Assembly (NCBI GenBank): GCA_050747525.1
Contig: JBOGOC010000110.1
Span: forward strand, 17,303 to 81,302
Direction: 5' to 3'
DNA from: Candidatus Polarisedimenticolia bacterium
Lineage (GTDB): Bacteria > Acidobacteriota > Polarisedimenticolia > JACPZX01 > DASXTC01
DNA: 64,000 nt
The position numbers and the translations under genes were made by a program. Numbering within the stretch: the stretch's first letter is position 1; each line of letters opens with the position of its first letter. Below the pieces are notes generated by a model that saw nothing but the letters and a program-made list of their open reading frames with translations, was not told the DNA's origin and ran no database searches. This document shows positions 18,870-28,697 of this stretch, one piece after another.

Positions 18870-21191
18870 TCACGGCCTGCCCGCACCCGCAAGTGGAAAA
18901 AGTTCGGGTGCGCTTCGGGTGGGCATGCCCCCTGCCCAGGGAAGATCAGGGCCTGCCGCGATGACGTACAAGCGGTTCGCGGTGGCCAGATAGAGCGTGT
19001 CGCCGATCAGCGCCGGGGCCGAATAGAGCGGGGCATCCATCGCCATCCGCCCCAGCACGTGATGTCGCCGTCCGGCGCGGAGGATGGTCATGCCCCCTTC
19101 AGCGCTCCCGACGTAGAGCCGGTCGGCGGCGAGCAGGAGGCATCCCCAGATGGCCTCGTTCGTCTCGTGCGTCCAGATGGAGGCGCCGGTCGCCGCGTCC
19201 AGGCAATGAACTGTTCCGCCCAGGTCCGCGACGTACAGGAGACCGTCTCTCGCAACTGGCGTTCCCACCACGCGACCGACCTCGCGAGACGTCCAGAGGA
19301 GCCCGCTCCGGGTGACGTCTCCCCGGCCGTCGGGACGGACTGCGTGAACCCACGAGGGCGCGTTGCCGTGCCCGGGACTCTGTCCCATCGCCACGAAGAC
19401 GCGCCCGTCGGCGAAGACTGGTGAGGCAATGATGGAGCCGCGCGAGAGGACTCCGGGACGCGGAACAAGGCGGGCGTCTTTCGGGTTGCCGTCGAATCGC
19501 CAGAGTTCGTGACCCGACGCCGCGTCGTGGGAGCGCAGCCAGCCGTCCCCTCCGCCGAAGAGCACCTGCGGGCGCCCCCTGACATGGGCCGCCACGGGGC
19601 TGGACCATTGGCCGTGCAGGACCTGCCCGCCCGGGTCGATGGCGCGCCAGACCACTGCGCCGGAACGCTTGTCCACCGCGATCAGACTGGGGGCGCGCGG
19701 CGATGGGACCCGCGTGTGGCCTTCGTTCTGTCCGTTGGAGGTGGAGACCATCAGCAGATCGCCCACCGGCAGCACGTCGCTGTTGGTGGCTTCGTGCGGA
19801 AAGACACCCAGGCGGCCGCACATGTCCAGCTCCCAGACGATGTCGGCCGCGGCCTCGTCCTGGAAGATCTCCTCCCGATACGGGCCCGTGTTCTCGCCGT
19901 CACGGAAGCCCTGCGTGTCGAGGCAGCGGAGCTGGCACTCGGCGGTGACGTAGTACAAGCGGTTCCCTTCCACGTACGGCGCGCTTGTCGTCGAAGGCAA
20001 CAGAAACTCCCGCAGACCCCGCTCGACTCGCGGGGCCAGGTCCTGCCAGAGGAACCGGCCATCCTTCGCCTGGAACGCCACGAGCACGCCGGCTTCCTTC
20101 TGGTAGTCGGGGTTCAGGGCCCTGGCGTTGTCGGTGCCCACATAGACCACATCGCCGGCCACCACGGGACGACCGAACGTCTCGTTCCCCAGCTCGGCGC
20201 TCCAGGCGATGTTCCGGCCGGTGGTCGTGTCCCAGTCAACCGGAGGGTTGCCCGGCTGGATGACCGTCGTCCGGAGTGGGGGCGCGACGGAAGGCGCCGG
20301 CACACGGTGTGAGGCGACAGGATCTCCGGACTTGACTCCGGCGATCCGGCGCAATGCCCATTCCGCTTCGTCACGCACGGCGGGATCGTCCGCCGCCGCT
20401 CTCAGCGCCTCCCGGGCCGACCGTGCCTTCGGCCCGATGCTTCCCAGAGCCCCGGCCGCGAAAAGACGCACATAGAGGAAGTCGTCCTTCAGCGCTTCTA
20501 TCAAATGCGGCACCGCGGACCGCGCGGCCGGGCCGATCCCTGCGAGGGCCTCGCACGCCGCCCATCGGACGCCGGGGACCGGATCGTCCAGGGCTCCTGC
20601 CAATGCCTGTGTCGCCCTGGCCGCCGCCGGACCGATGGACGCCAGGGCCTCCGCCGCGTAGACGCGGACGTACGGATCCCCGTAGAACAGAGTGCCGACG
20701 AGAGCCCCCACCGAAGGGGCGGCCCTCCTGCCCAGGGCACCCAGGGCGCGTGCGGCATCGCCCGCGACCATCGGGTCCACGTCTCCCAGCGCCCGTCTCA
20801 ACGCCGGCTGAACCGAGTCCGTGTGAGGCGCCAGGTCGATCAAGGCATCGGCGGCGTTGCGCCGGATGGAGGTCGACCCGTGCCCCAGCAGGTCCACCAG
20901 CAGCGGAATGGCGGGAGGACCGAGCCGCCGGATGATCTCGAAAGTCACCTCATGCAGATCCTCGTGCCCGGGGTCGAGGAAAAGTCTCAGCAGAGGGAGC
21001 GAGCGCCGCGCCCCCTGGACCAGGGCGGCCTCGGCGCCAGCGCGGACCTCCGGATCGTCGGCCAGCAGGCGATGGGCCCAGTCACGCACCAGGGCGGGGT
21101 CGGCCGGCGGGGATGGGGAGATCGCGACCGCCTGGCCGAGACCGGCGGCGAACACGACTGCGAGGGACTGTGTCCTGATGAATGATCTCAC
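18870..21191 (-). CDS. Secreted HEAT-repeat / PQQ-like beta-propeller protein
   Basis: 773 aa. Signal peptide MRSFIRTQSLAVVFAAGLGQAVA. N-terminal PBS-lyase HEAT-like repeats (DPxVRxxAAxALGxIG, several copies). C-terminal PQQ/BamB-like propeller repeats (GDVVYVGTDNARALNP...DGRFLWQ, DGLLYVADLGGTVHCLDAATGASIWT). Confidence 0.7.
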   Translation of the reverse strand: MRSFIRTQSLAVVFAAGLGQAVAISPSPPADPALVRDWAHRLLADDPEVRAGAEAALVQGARRSLPLLRLFLDPGHEDLHEVTFEIIRRLGPPAIPLLVDLLGHGSTSIRRNAADALIDLAPHTDSVQPALRRALGDVDPMVAGDAARALGALGRRAAPSVGALVGTLFYGDPYVRVYAAEALASIGPAAARATQALAGALDDPVPGVRWAACEALAGIGPAARSAVPHLIEALKDDFLYVRLFAAGALGSIGPKARSAREALRAAADDPAVRDEAEWALRRIAGVKSGDPVASHRVPAPSVAPPLRTTVIQPGNPPVDWDTTTGRNIAWSAELGNETFGRPVVAGDVVYVGTDNARALNPDYQKEAGVLVAFQAKDGRFLWQDLAPRVERGLREFLLPSTTSAPYVEGNRLYYVTAECQLRCLDTQGFRDGENTGPYREEIFQDEAAADIVWELDMCGRLGVFPHEATNSDVLPVGDLLMVSTSNGQNEGHTRVPSPRAPSLIAVDKRSGAVVWRAIDPGGQVLHGQWSSPVAAHVRGRPQVLFGGGDGWLRSHDAASGHELWRFDGNPKDARLVPRPGVLSRGSIIASPVFADGRVFVAMGQSPGHGNAPSWVHAVRPDGRGDVTRSGLLWTSREVGRVVGTPVARDGLLYVADLGGTVHCLDAATGASIWTHETNEAIWGCLLLAADRLYVGSAEGGMTILRAGRRHHVLGRMAMDAPLYSAPALIGDTLYLATANRLYVIAAGPDLPWAGGMPTRSAPELFPLAGAGRP

Positions 21192-21339
21192 GTCGCCGAG
21201 ACTCCTCGGTCAGTGATTCTACGACACGGGTCGCATGGCGCCGGCCGCGGTCTCTTGACGTGCCCGTCAGGAAGGAGGCTCCACCATGTCCACCATGGGC
21301 AGGCGACCAACGAGGTGAACTTCATGATGCAGAAGTTCA

Positions 21340-21500
21340 CTGTGCCGGTTCTGTGACGGAACTCCAGCCGAACCCACCCAACTCCAGCCTAAACGACCGG
21401 GCCTAAGTCGTTGCTCTACTTGATCGGCTCGTCTGGCAGGATGTCCGGGATCGCCTTCGATTCCCACACGCTTCCGCCAGGGCTCCCTGCAGCATCAGGC
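21340..21500 (+). repeat. Dispersed ~160-bp repeat element, copy B
   Basis: ctgtgccggttctgtgacggaactccagccgaacccacccaactccagcctaaac...ttcgattcccacacgcttccgccagggctccctgcagcatcaggc. It is preceded by the hairpin gtgaacttcatgatgcagaagttcac. It is in direct orientation with copies A and C. Confidence 0.75.
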
Positions 21501-21614
21501 GTCTTCTGGCAGTCAGTTCCCCTGCTGTGGGCGGCCATCCTCCCACCGACGCCGTGATAGCGTCGACTTGGCGATTGTTTCCAGAGGAGGATAGCCGATG
21601 CTCTAAAGGGCGGA

Positions 21615-24041
21615 CTACCGCAACGACCAAACTTCGATGGCGCCCCCGGAGACGTCTATCATGGGGCCGGTCGTGGACCCTGGGGGTGGCACAGAAATAT
21701 CGATTCTGCCAATCGTTGCAGTGCTTCCATCGGAGTAGCGCACTCTGAACTCGTAGCTCACTTCCTTCAGCAGCTCGTGCCCGCGCCACGTCGCTCGTGG
21801 ATAGCTCTCCGCGCTGGCTGTGAGCACGATCGTGGCACCTTCATTGCTCGCGAGATCCCGGAGCTCGCGCAGGCGTGCTTCGGCTGTGCGGCTTTGGAAA
21901 ACCTGGTTCACTTCACGGGGGGCATACATGATTCCTTCACGAGCCTCGTCACCGAAACCAGGGCCCCAGAGGTGTGCTCTCTCGTAGTCGGGAAGTCCGA
22001 TTTCCCGGGAGGTTGGCAGATCCACGTTGAAGTTCGGTACTCGGGGATCGCGCCGATCCCCTAGAGAAGGCCCCAGTTCTCCTTCGATTCTGAATTTGAT
22101 GGTCCCATCCGGATCCCGATGGGCCCAGATCTCCTTGATGAGACCTGTTCCGGCAGTATCCCCTGATAGGGCCACATTCGTGCTGCGTAGCCTGGGCCCT
22201 CTCCCGGAGGCTGCTGGATCGGGCGAGGCCTGTTCTCGACCGGAGGCAGCCCGCTGGCGCCGTGCCTCGGATCTGCCCCGTGGTGGTCGCTGCGTGGGCT
22301 CGCGCTCGCTCCGCCTTCCGGAGACCATCGTGTCGGCAGCTCTCGCTGACGGACCGTGCGTCGACGGATCCACCGCACCCGCGATCGGGCGCGCTTGCCG
22401 CGTCTCGGCTGCGCCTGACGCCGGGCGGTCGGTGTTCCCCTGGCTTGCTGGACGACGTGGTCGTCGCTCCCGGGAGCCGGCAGTCATCGGGGATTCCTGC
22501 CTCTCCGCCGTGCGCGACCCGGTGGAGGGCAAAGCCTCGGAAGGTGCCGCTGGCCGAGCCCCCAGCCTCGGCTCGTCCCCGACGCCAGCGGGGCGCTGGA
22601 GTCGCGCCTCCCCGGTGCCGGGAATGGGCCGATCGACCGCCCGCTCTGCCGTACGCAGGCCCTGAAGGCTCGGTCGCGGGGTTCGGCCCCTCGCTGCTCG
22701 CAGAAGAACGCGCTGAGTGAATTCAGTGCGCAGGAATCTGCGGGCGACGGGTCCCAGCATCGCGGGGAGAAGTATCGATGCCGCCAGAAGACCGACATCG
22801 GCGGTGATGTCCACCATCTCGCCGCTCGCGGGCCCCTCCGCGACACGAAGACCCTCATCGACAAGCGCGGTGCGATTCATGAGATTCCGTTGCGTCTCCG
22901 CGGACGCTGCGAATCCATACTCGACTCCGGTCTGAATCCCCAGCATCACGGCCCCGACCACTCCCGCCACGAGAGGCGATGCGAGCCCTCCTGAGACAGC
23001 CGTGACGACGAGCCCGGCTGCAAGCACCAGCACCCTGACATTCTCCAGAGCCCCCCATCTCTCTGTGAGTTCCGGGAAAAGCTCCTCAGCGAGCTCCTTC
23101 AGCGGTTCGGACTCCGCGAAGGCCGCTCCTACGTCATTTCGGAACGTAACGTCCGCCAACCTCAGCACGGGGCGCAGGTTCTCCCAGTTCTCCTGGCCTC
23201 TCAGAATCTCGTCGAGTCTCCCCCGGAAAGCAGCCACGCCTGCTCGCAGGAACACCACGATTTCATTGACGAGGCTACGGAGGTACCGGTTCCTCAGCTC
23301 GGTCGGGGCTCTCAAGACATCGTAGAGCGCCTGAGGGGTTGCGAATCTTCGGACCAGGACCAGGATTGGATGGCCCCCGAGCTCCTCGTCGAGGAGCAGG
23401 GAACGCAACTCGAAGTCATTGTTGGTCTTGACGAGGGCCACGCGTGCCAGGATGAAGTCCTGGTCCCGAGACTCTCGTGGCGACTCTCCCCAGCGGTACC
23501 AGATGAGATGGCGGACAGGGGGTTGAGCCGGCCCATAGGCCTGGGTCCCTGCATCTCGTTCGGGCGGACCGCCAGGCGGCAGCGCTGGGGTGGGTGGCAA
23601 CGCCGGCGGAGGCAACGCCGATTCCGGCACTGCGTACGGCGCGCTCGAGGTGAACACCAGCCAGCTCGCAAGGCAGCGCGCAAGGCTCCCCAGCTCCTGT
23701 TCGGCGGGCGGAGTGGCCTCACCCTCTCTTCGCCGTCCGCGGTAGCGCCAGTTGATGTGGCCCCAGAGCGAGGTCATCAAGCGAAGCTGAAACTCGCCCA
23801 TCTCGACAGCCGACGCTTGAAGCCATGCCTTGAATAGGGCGCGGTCCTCTTCGTGCCGAGGGCTTAGAAACGCCAGTCCCCCTGGCCCCGCGTCAGGGTA
23901 TGTCCGCCGAAACTGATCGAAGGCCCTCGGGATCGTACCGTGAGGATCCGAGGACACACCGCCTCGCGCCCTCCACAAGAGACGATAGGAACGGTCAGCG
24001 TGGTGTAGCCTCCGCAGGACTTCTCTGGGCTCGTCTGACAT
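21615..24041 (-). CDS. Hypothetical 808-aa protein: N-terminal domain, two TM helices, a disordered R/P-rich linker and a C-terminal ~190-aa toxin-like domain
   Basis: Long ORF with coding-like composition. TM segments VLVLAAGLVVTAVSGGLASPLVAGVVGAVMLGI and LLAASILLPAMLG. Low-complexity linker RQESPMTAGSRERRPRRPASQGNTDRP... C-terminal block LPDYERAHLWGPGFGDEAREGIMYAPREVNQVF...IVLTASAESYPRATWRGHELLKEVSYEFRV. No confident family assignment. Confidence 0.55.
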   Translation of the reverse strand: MSDEPREVLRRLHHADRSYRLLWRARGGVSSDPHGTIPRAFDQFRRTYPDAGPGGLAFLSPRHEEDRALFKAWLQASAVEMGEFQLRLMTSLWGHINWRYRGRRREGEATPPAEQELGSLARCLASWLVFTSSAPYAVPESALPPPALPPTPALPPGGPPERDAGTQAYGPAQPPVRHLIWYRWGESPRESRDQDFILARVALVKTNNDFELRSLLLDEELGGHPILVLVRRFATPQALYDVLRAPTELRNRYLRSLVNEIVVFLRAGVAAFRGRLDEILRGQENWENLRPVLRLADVTFRNDVGAAFAESEPLKELAEELFPELTERWGALENVRVLVLAAGLVVTAVSGGLASPLVAGVVGAVMLGIQTGVEYGFAASAETQRNLMNRTALVDEGLRVAEGPASGEMVDITADVGLLAASILLPAMLGPVARRFLRTEFTQRVLLRAARGRTPRPSLQGLRTAERAVDRPIPGTGEARLQRPAGVGDEPRLGARPAAPSEALPSTGSRTAERQESPMTAGSRERRPRRPASQGNTDRPASGAAETRQARPIAGAVDPSTHGPSARAADTMVSGRRSEREPTQRPPRGRSEARRQRAASGREQASPDPAASGRGPRLRSTNVALSGDTAGTGLIKEIWAHRDPDGTIKFRIEGELGPSLGDRRDPRVPNFNVDLPTSREIGLPDYERAHLWGPGFGDEAREGIMYAPREVNQVFQSRTAEARLRELRDLASNEGATIVLTASAESYPRATWRGHELLKEVSYEFRVRYSDGSTATIGRIDISVPPPGSTTGPMIDVSGGAIEVWSLR

Positions 24042-24103
24042 GGGCGGCTCCCGGCAGCGCCGGCCTCCTCTCGACTTCCTCCATGTGATCCAGCGCTCGA
24101 GGG

Positions 24104-26974
24104 TTACGCATCGTCGTCCGTTGGGTCCACTGCGGGAAAGTCCCCCAGAGCGCCCTGCGTAACAACCGTGACCCGTTCGACATCGGGATCGCCCAGCTTG
24201 TCGATGTCGATCCGTCGCTGACGACGCCTGTTCTCGATCTGCTTGGCTTCCAGATCCGCCGCCGCCGAGAGGACATCGAGATAGCGGTGCAATGACTTGA
24301 AAGGCTCAAGGGAGCTTGCCGGGTCGACCGCCCTGGAGAGCAGGACGTTGTTCGTATCGAGGAGAAACCGCCTCGTGTGTTGCTTGCGCAGCACGTAGTC
24401 GGGTAGAAGGTCCCGCACGAGCTTGCGGGTCGACGCGTCGAGATCGCTCCACTGGCCAGGCCTCGGGTCCAGCACCCCGAACGCTGTCGCAACCTCAGGG
24501 AAGAACTCTTCGAACTCACTCAACATCTCCGCGCTGAAGAACTCCGACTCCTGCTCGGGCGAGAGTGGTTCCTGCCTGAACCGAATCGCTCTCAGCTCCG
24601 GATCTTCGAGGAGTGGATCGGCGAATACGTTCACGGCGAACCGATCGCCGTGCTGGAGCGCCTCACCCGCAGCCGGGACGAGCCTGACGCGCAATCCATG
24701 GAACTCGAGCTCGCCGCCGGACGAGCTCATATCCGTCGCGGCGACAACCGTATAGACGCTCCGACCGTCGACGTCATCGGCCTCCAGCAGACTGATTTCG
24801 CATCGTGACGGAGAGGGAGGCGTGCTGACGAAGTCGATCTGATACTCGCCGGTCCCGAGCCGGTTCGGGGAGATATCCACCTCGACGGTGACGCGCCCCG
24901 GGGAACCGCCCAGGAGTTCGCCGCTGGCCCTGTGCCTGAGGTACGGAAGGCGCAGATAGCCCACCGCATCGTCGATATCCGGGAACCGACCGTCCTGCTT
25001 CAGATAAAAGATGGCGTAGTTGCCTGCAAACCCGATCGGGCCGGCGGGGTTGATCAGATTCGCGAGGCTCGCCGTGGGCCGTAGCTCCGGGCGCCACACC
25101 CCCTCGAGAACCCCCTCCGCCGTGTAGGATCCGACGAGCGACCACTCCGTCGGGACAGTCACCGAGGCGTACCGAAGGAGCCGTTGCTGCGGGTCTTCCG
25201 ATGCCCAGATCGCTCTGCAGTAGTGCAGGATGTTCTCGAAGATGTGCCACTGCAGCCGACGAACGCTGCGAGAATACTGCTCCCTCTCGGCCCTGCGGAC
25301 ACGCTCGCGCTCGACCTCTCGCTCGTAGCTCGCCTGCGGATTAGAGTAGACGTCTGGTGCCGTTCCTTCGAGACTGTCGAACTGCGGCAACCCACGGCTG
25401 ACGATGCCACCCATGAGATTGGCAATAGCCGGGTCCTTGTCTGCGACCTCCTCCGCTTCGGAACGGGGCTCCTGAGCGCGAATCACCTCCAAGTCCTTGC
25501 GGTATGACTCGTCGAGTAATGCGCGAGCGAGGATTGTATCATGCCCTCTGATCCATCGGCCGGTTATCTCGCTTGGGAGTGGGATTCTCTCGGCGACGAA
25601 CACACAAGCATTCGCCTCGGCTAGCTCCGTGTGAATCTCGTACTGTCTCTGGAGGCGGCTGTAGATGTAAGTCACCGCGACCTCGTCGTTCGGATTACTG
25701 ATCTCCGACTCGCGGGAGAGCTCCGTCGTCTCCTCGACCTCCGTTGAAACGACGATCTTGGTTTCTTGCCGCATCCTCGAGGCGGTCTTCGCCATGGTCT
25801 CGTTGAGGGTCGATTTGGTATCCCGGGAGGATGATGCGGACTCGCCTCCCATCCCGGCGGATAGACTCGCGGAGCCGAAACCGAAGGAGGCCGAGGCCGA
25901 GGCCTCCGCGTTCCACTTGAAGGTATCGGACGCCTCGCTCACTATCTCCTGAGAATCCTTCGTCGCTGTCGACGACTCCGTCGCGGTCTCGATGGCCGTC
26001 ACCGCTTCCATCTGGCGGGTTGCCTTCGTGCGATGTATCGCCTTGATACTGACCTTCTCGCTCTGTTTCGGACCGAGTGGCAGGGTTCTGAGGATCTCTC
26101 CTTCCTGGTAGCCGAGCGGCACCCAAGTCTGTCGATAGACGAGTTGCAGGCCCAGGTTGACCGTATCGTGGGCGTATGGGACGAAGGGGTAGGAGCCGGA
26201 AAGCAGGTTGCTCTCGGGTGCAGGGACGGGCGCTTCAGACGCCCTGCGATTGGCCTCTTCCTGCAAGGCGTTCCTGATTTCCGGTCTGTGTTCCAGCCAC
26301 AAGCCGCCATCGCTGAGATCCCGAATCACGTATTCGTGAATGACACGCGCCGGATCCAGTCCTGCTGCGGTGATGTCTGCGACGTATTCCGGAATCCCTC
26401 GAAGCCTTGGGATCTCCTCGAGAAGTATGCGCCTCACATGCGAGTCGGCGAACGACCAGTACCATTCGGGTTCATGCAATCCACGCCAGTGCGCGTAAAG
26501 CCCGCCTTCACCCTCGACGAGCCCCGATCGAATTCCGACCACCACCATCTCAGCCACCGAGTCGGCGATTCCGCTTCCCTCCGAGACGGTTCCCTCGTAG
26601 ACAAGGAAGATCCGGCTGGGCAGGTCGTCGAAGACCTGACTCACCACGAGACTGAATCCAGCGGCCGTCTCCGAGAGCGTGGCGATTCCTCCACTCGACG
26701 GCAAACCGCCGAAGCCGAGCGGATATCCTCGCTCGTCGGGCCCAATCCCAGCAAAGGTCTCGCCGGCCCTCCCAACATCCCTCACTCGTTCGGAGATCCC
26801 GAGGGCATAGCCGAGGGTAGGCGGTGCCATGAAGAGGTACTGCGAGAAGTCGTGGATCGCGGTTTCTTTGATCTCGGAAGGCGGGCTCTTCAGGACGTTC
26901 TCGAGGGGCGCCGCCTCGGCGAGCAGGCGGGAGAGCCGCTCGCTTACCTGCTCCAAATCCAGTGACACCGACAT
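24104..26974 (-). CDS. Hypothetical 956-aa protein with no recognisable motif, co-oriented between the Toprim gene and the 808-aa gene
   Basis: Long ORF. 30-nt gap to the downstream gene start at 24041 and 40-nt gap from the upstream gene. Internal S/A/G-rich segment ASASASFGFGSASLSAGMGGESASSS. No Walker A/B or catalytic motifs seen. Confidence 0.55.
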   Translation of the reverse strand: MSVSLDLEQVSERLSRLLAEAAPLENVLKSPPSEIKETAIHDFSQYLFMAPPTLGYALGISERVRDVGRAGETFAGIGPDERGYPLGFGGLPSSGGIATLSETAAGFSLVVSQVFDDLPSRIFLVYEGTVSEGSGIADSVAEMVVVGIRSGLVEGEGGLYAHWRGLHEPEWYWSFADSHVRRILLEEIPRLRGIPEYVADITAAGLDPARVIHEYVIRDLSDGGLWLEHRPEIRNALQEEANRRASEAPVPAPESNLLSGSYPFVPYAHDTVNLGLQLVYRQTWVPLGYQEGEILRTLPLGPKQSEKVSIKAIHRTKATRQMEAVTAIETATESSTATKDSQEIVSEASDTFKWNAEASASASFGFGSASLSAGMGGESASSSRDTKSTLNETMAKTASRMRQETKIVVSTEVEETTELSRESEISNPNDEVAVTYIYSRLQRQYEIHTELAEANACVFVAERIPLPSEITGRWIRGHDTILARALLDESYRKDLEVIRAQEPRSEAEEVADKDPAIANLMGGIVSRGLPQFDSLEGTAPDVYSNPQASYEREVERERVRRAEREQYSRSVRRLQWHIFENILHYCRAIWASEDPQQRLLRYASVTVPTEWSLVGSYTAEGVLEGVWRPELRPTASLANLINPAGPIGFAGNYAIFYLKQDGRFPDIDDAVGYLRLPYLRHRASGELLGGSPGRVTVEVDISPNRLGTGEYQIDFVSTPPSPSRCEISLLEADDVDGRSVYTVVAATDMSSSGGELEFHGLRVRLVPAAGEALQHGDRFAVNVFADPLLEDPELRAIRFRQEPLSPEQESEFFSAEMLSEFEEFFPEVATAFGVLDPRPGQWSDLDASTRKLVRDLLPDYVLRKQHTRRFLLDTNNVLLSRAVDPASSLEPFKSLHRYLDVLSAAADLEAKQIENRRRQRRIDIDKLGDPDVERVTVVTQGALGDFPAVDPTDDDA

Positions 26975-27013
26975 GATGTCGTCCTCCTCGACTGCGGCTC
27001 AAGGCGATTCTTG

Positions 27014-28090
27014 CTAGGGCATCAAGGGATCTCCGATCGACTCATAGAGCCTTCCAGCGACATCCATCAGCCGGCGTCGCTGCTCTAACGACAGGGGCTC
27101 ATCGCGCAGAGCGCGAAGGAGGTGGGGCTTGAGTCGTTCTGCGAGCCGGCGCACGCCGGCGAGGCGTATCGCCGTGGCAGGTCGTGCCAGCCGGCCGCCA
27201 TGGGAACGCTCGACAGGTGTCCGGAGGTGTGCCAGCCGGACCGCTGTGCGGGGAAGCCTCAGGCGCGGAAACGGAGTGGCGTACGACGGTCGCCATTCGG
27301 CAGCCTGGCTCAACATTCCTTTCGCATTCGAAGGAGACATGATTGTGGCCATCGGCATGGGCGATCTCCCGACGATTCGCGTCGAGGTCGCACCCATCCG
27401 GGCGAGCTGCGCGGCAAGCTGCTGCATGTGTGCCCACCCGTTGGCGTCGGGAAGGGGCCAGAGGACGATCGAAGTTGAATCGAGAACCGGCTCCAGCGCT
27501 GTCCTCGGCGGGAGAAGGAAGGGCCCGCAGAGCGTCCCCACGGCCTGGAGACCCTGGGCTCGCAGAGCATCGGCAGCCCGCACCCCCTCCGTGATGACTA
27601 CCGGACCCCCCTGGCGCGACAAATCCTCGTATCCGCACAGTGGCAGCAGCAGGGATGACAGATCGTAGTGTCTGATGCCAGTCTCGTCCTCGAAGAACAC
27701 CTCGTGACGTATTCTTCCGCTCGGATCGCGGCGGATTGTGCGGACGAGTCGACCGCGCCGGCCGTCGAGGAGCCGCAGGGCGATCGAGGTGTTCTGATCA
27801 GGTGAGAGCTCCTCGCCCGACCGGCTCATCGGCGATCGCCACGGATCCAGCCTGATGGCCATCCATTCCGGCGAAGAGACGGACACGAACGGCATCCGAT
27901 GAACGAGTGTGGGCAGCAAAAACCCGACCAGAGCCGGATCGCCGAGGAGTCTTCGGGATACTCTCGATGCGCGACCGGCCTCCACAAGCAATCGGCGGGT
28001 CTCCCGCGACACGGAGGCGATCCCGCTCGCGAAGTCGTGCTTGCCGGGAGCGGTCCTGGAACCATCCTTGGGCTTCGACTGTCGGGGCAT
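27014..28090 (-). CDS. Toprim-domain protein (DnaG-primase/OLD-nuclease-like Toprim fold), 358 aa
   Basis: PVVITEGVRAADALRAQGLQAVGT and IVLWPLPDANGWAH match the Toprim E...G and DxD(G) acidic motifs. It is the first gene of a three-gene minus-strand unit. Confidence 0.55.
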   Translation of the reverse strand: MPRQSKPKDGSRTAPGKHDFASGIASVSRETRRLLVEAGRASRVSRRLLGDPALVGFLLPTLVHRMPFVSVSSPEWMAIRLDPWRSPMSRSGEELSPDQNTSIALRLLDGRRGRLVRTIRRDPSGRIRHEVFFEDETGIRHYDLSSLLLPLCGYEDLSRQGGPVVITEGVRAADALRAQGLQAVGTLCGPFLLPPRTALEPVLDSTSIVLWPLPDANGWAHMQQLAAQLARMGATSTRIVGRSPMPMATIMSPSNAKGMLSQAAEWRPSYATPFPRLRLPRTAVRLAHLRTPVERSHGGRLARPATAIRLAGVRRLAERLKPHLLRALRDEPLSLEQRRRLMDVAGRLYESIGDPLMP

Positions 28091-28200
28091 CTGATCCCTC
28101 CGGCGCCTGGGAATTCAAACTGGTTCTTTTCAACGATTCTACATGCGAAAGGGCGCATTCCGTCAACCTCGGCCCCGATCGAGCGGCTGGCGACCAGGCA

Positions 28201-28536
28201 GTGCGGCTGGCCGTGGTCTCGCGTCTCGCGTGGATCCTCCGCAAGCGGAGGGCGTTCGTGGAGCAGGCTCGCCAGTCGCAACGAGAGACAGTCACGGGCG
28301 AGAGTCAATACTTCCAGGGGCGCCGTTACCTGCCCTACGTGATTGAAGTGGCCAAATCACCTTCCGTCCGTCTGGCCGGCCACAACACGATGGAACTGCG
28401 GGTTCGCCCGGGCAGCGACCGACAGGCCCGCGAGGCCGTCCTTCAGGGATGGTATCGACGTGGCCTGCGCGAGCAGGCAACGACGCTTCTTGCCAAGTGG
28501 GGGCCGAAGATCGGCGTGACTGTTTCTGAGGTGGGA
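28201..28536 (+). pseudogene. Truncated DUF45/YgjP-like (WLM-type metal-dependent hydrolase) gene fragment, interrupted by repeat copy C
   Basis: Translation ...RRYLPYVIEVAKSPSVRLAGHNTMELRVRPGSDRQAREAVLQGWYRRGLREQATTLLAKWGPKIGVTVSEV matches the YgjP family middle region (..WYRRqA....v..wa.rlGl....vrvr). The expected RWGSC/HExxH part is replaced by the repeat sequence beginning ctgtgccggttctgtga at 28537. The N-terminus overlaps the upstream minus-strand gene. Confidence 0.45.
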
Positions 28537-28697
28537 CTGTGCCGGTTCTGTGATGGAACACCAGCCGAACCCACCCCACTCCAGCCCAAATTTCCTCGCC
28601 TAAGTCGTTGCTCTATTTGACCGACTCGTCTGGCGTGGTGTCCGGAATCGCGTTCGATTCCCACACGCTTCCGCCAGGGCTCCCTGCAGCATCAGGC
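28537..28697 (+). repeat. Dispersed ~160-bp repeat element, copy C, followed by a second partial start motif (ctgtgccggttctg) at ~28722
   Basis: ctgtgccggttctgtgatggaacaccagccgaacccaccccactccagcccaaat...cctaagtcgttgctctatttgaccgactcgtctggcgtggtgtccggaatcgcgttcgattcccacacgcttccgccagggctccctgcagcatcaggc. Confidence 0.75.
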
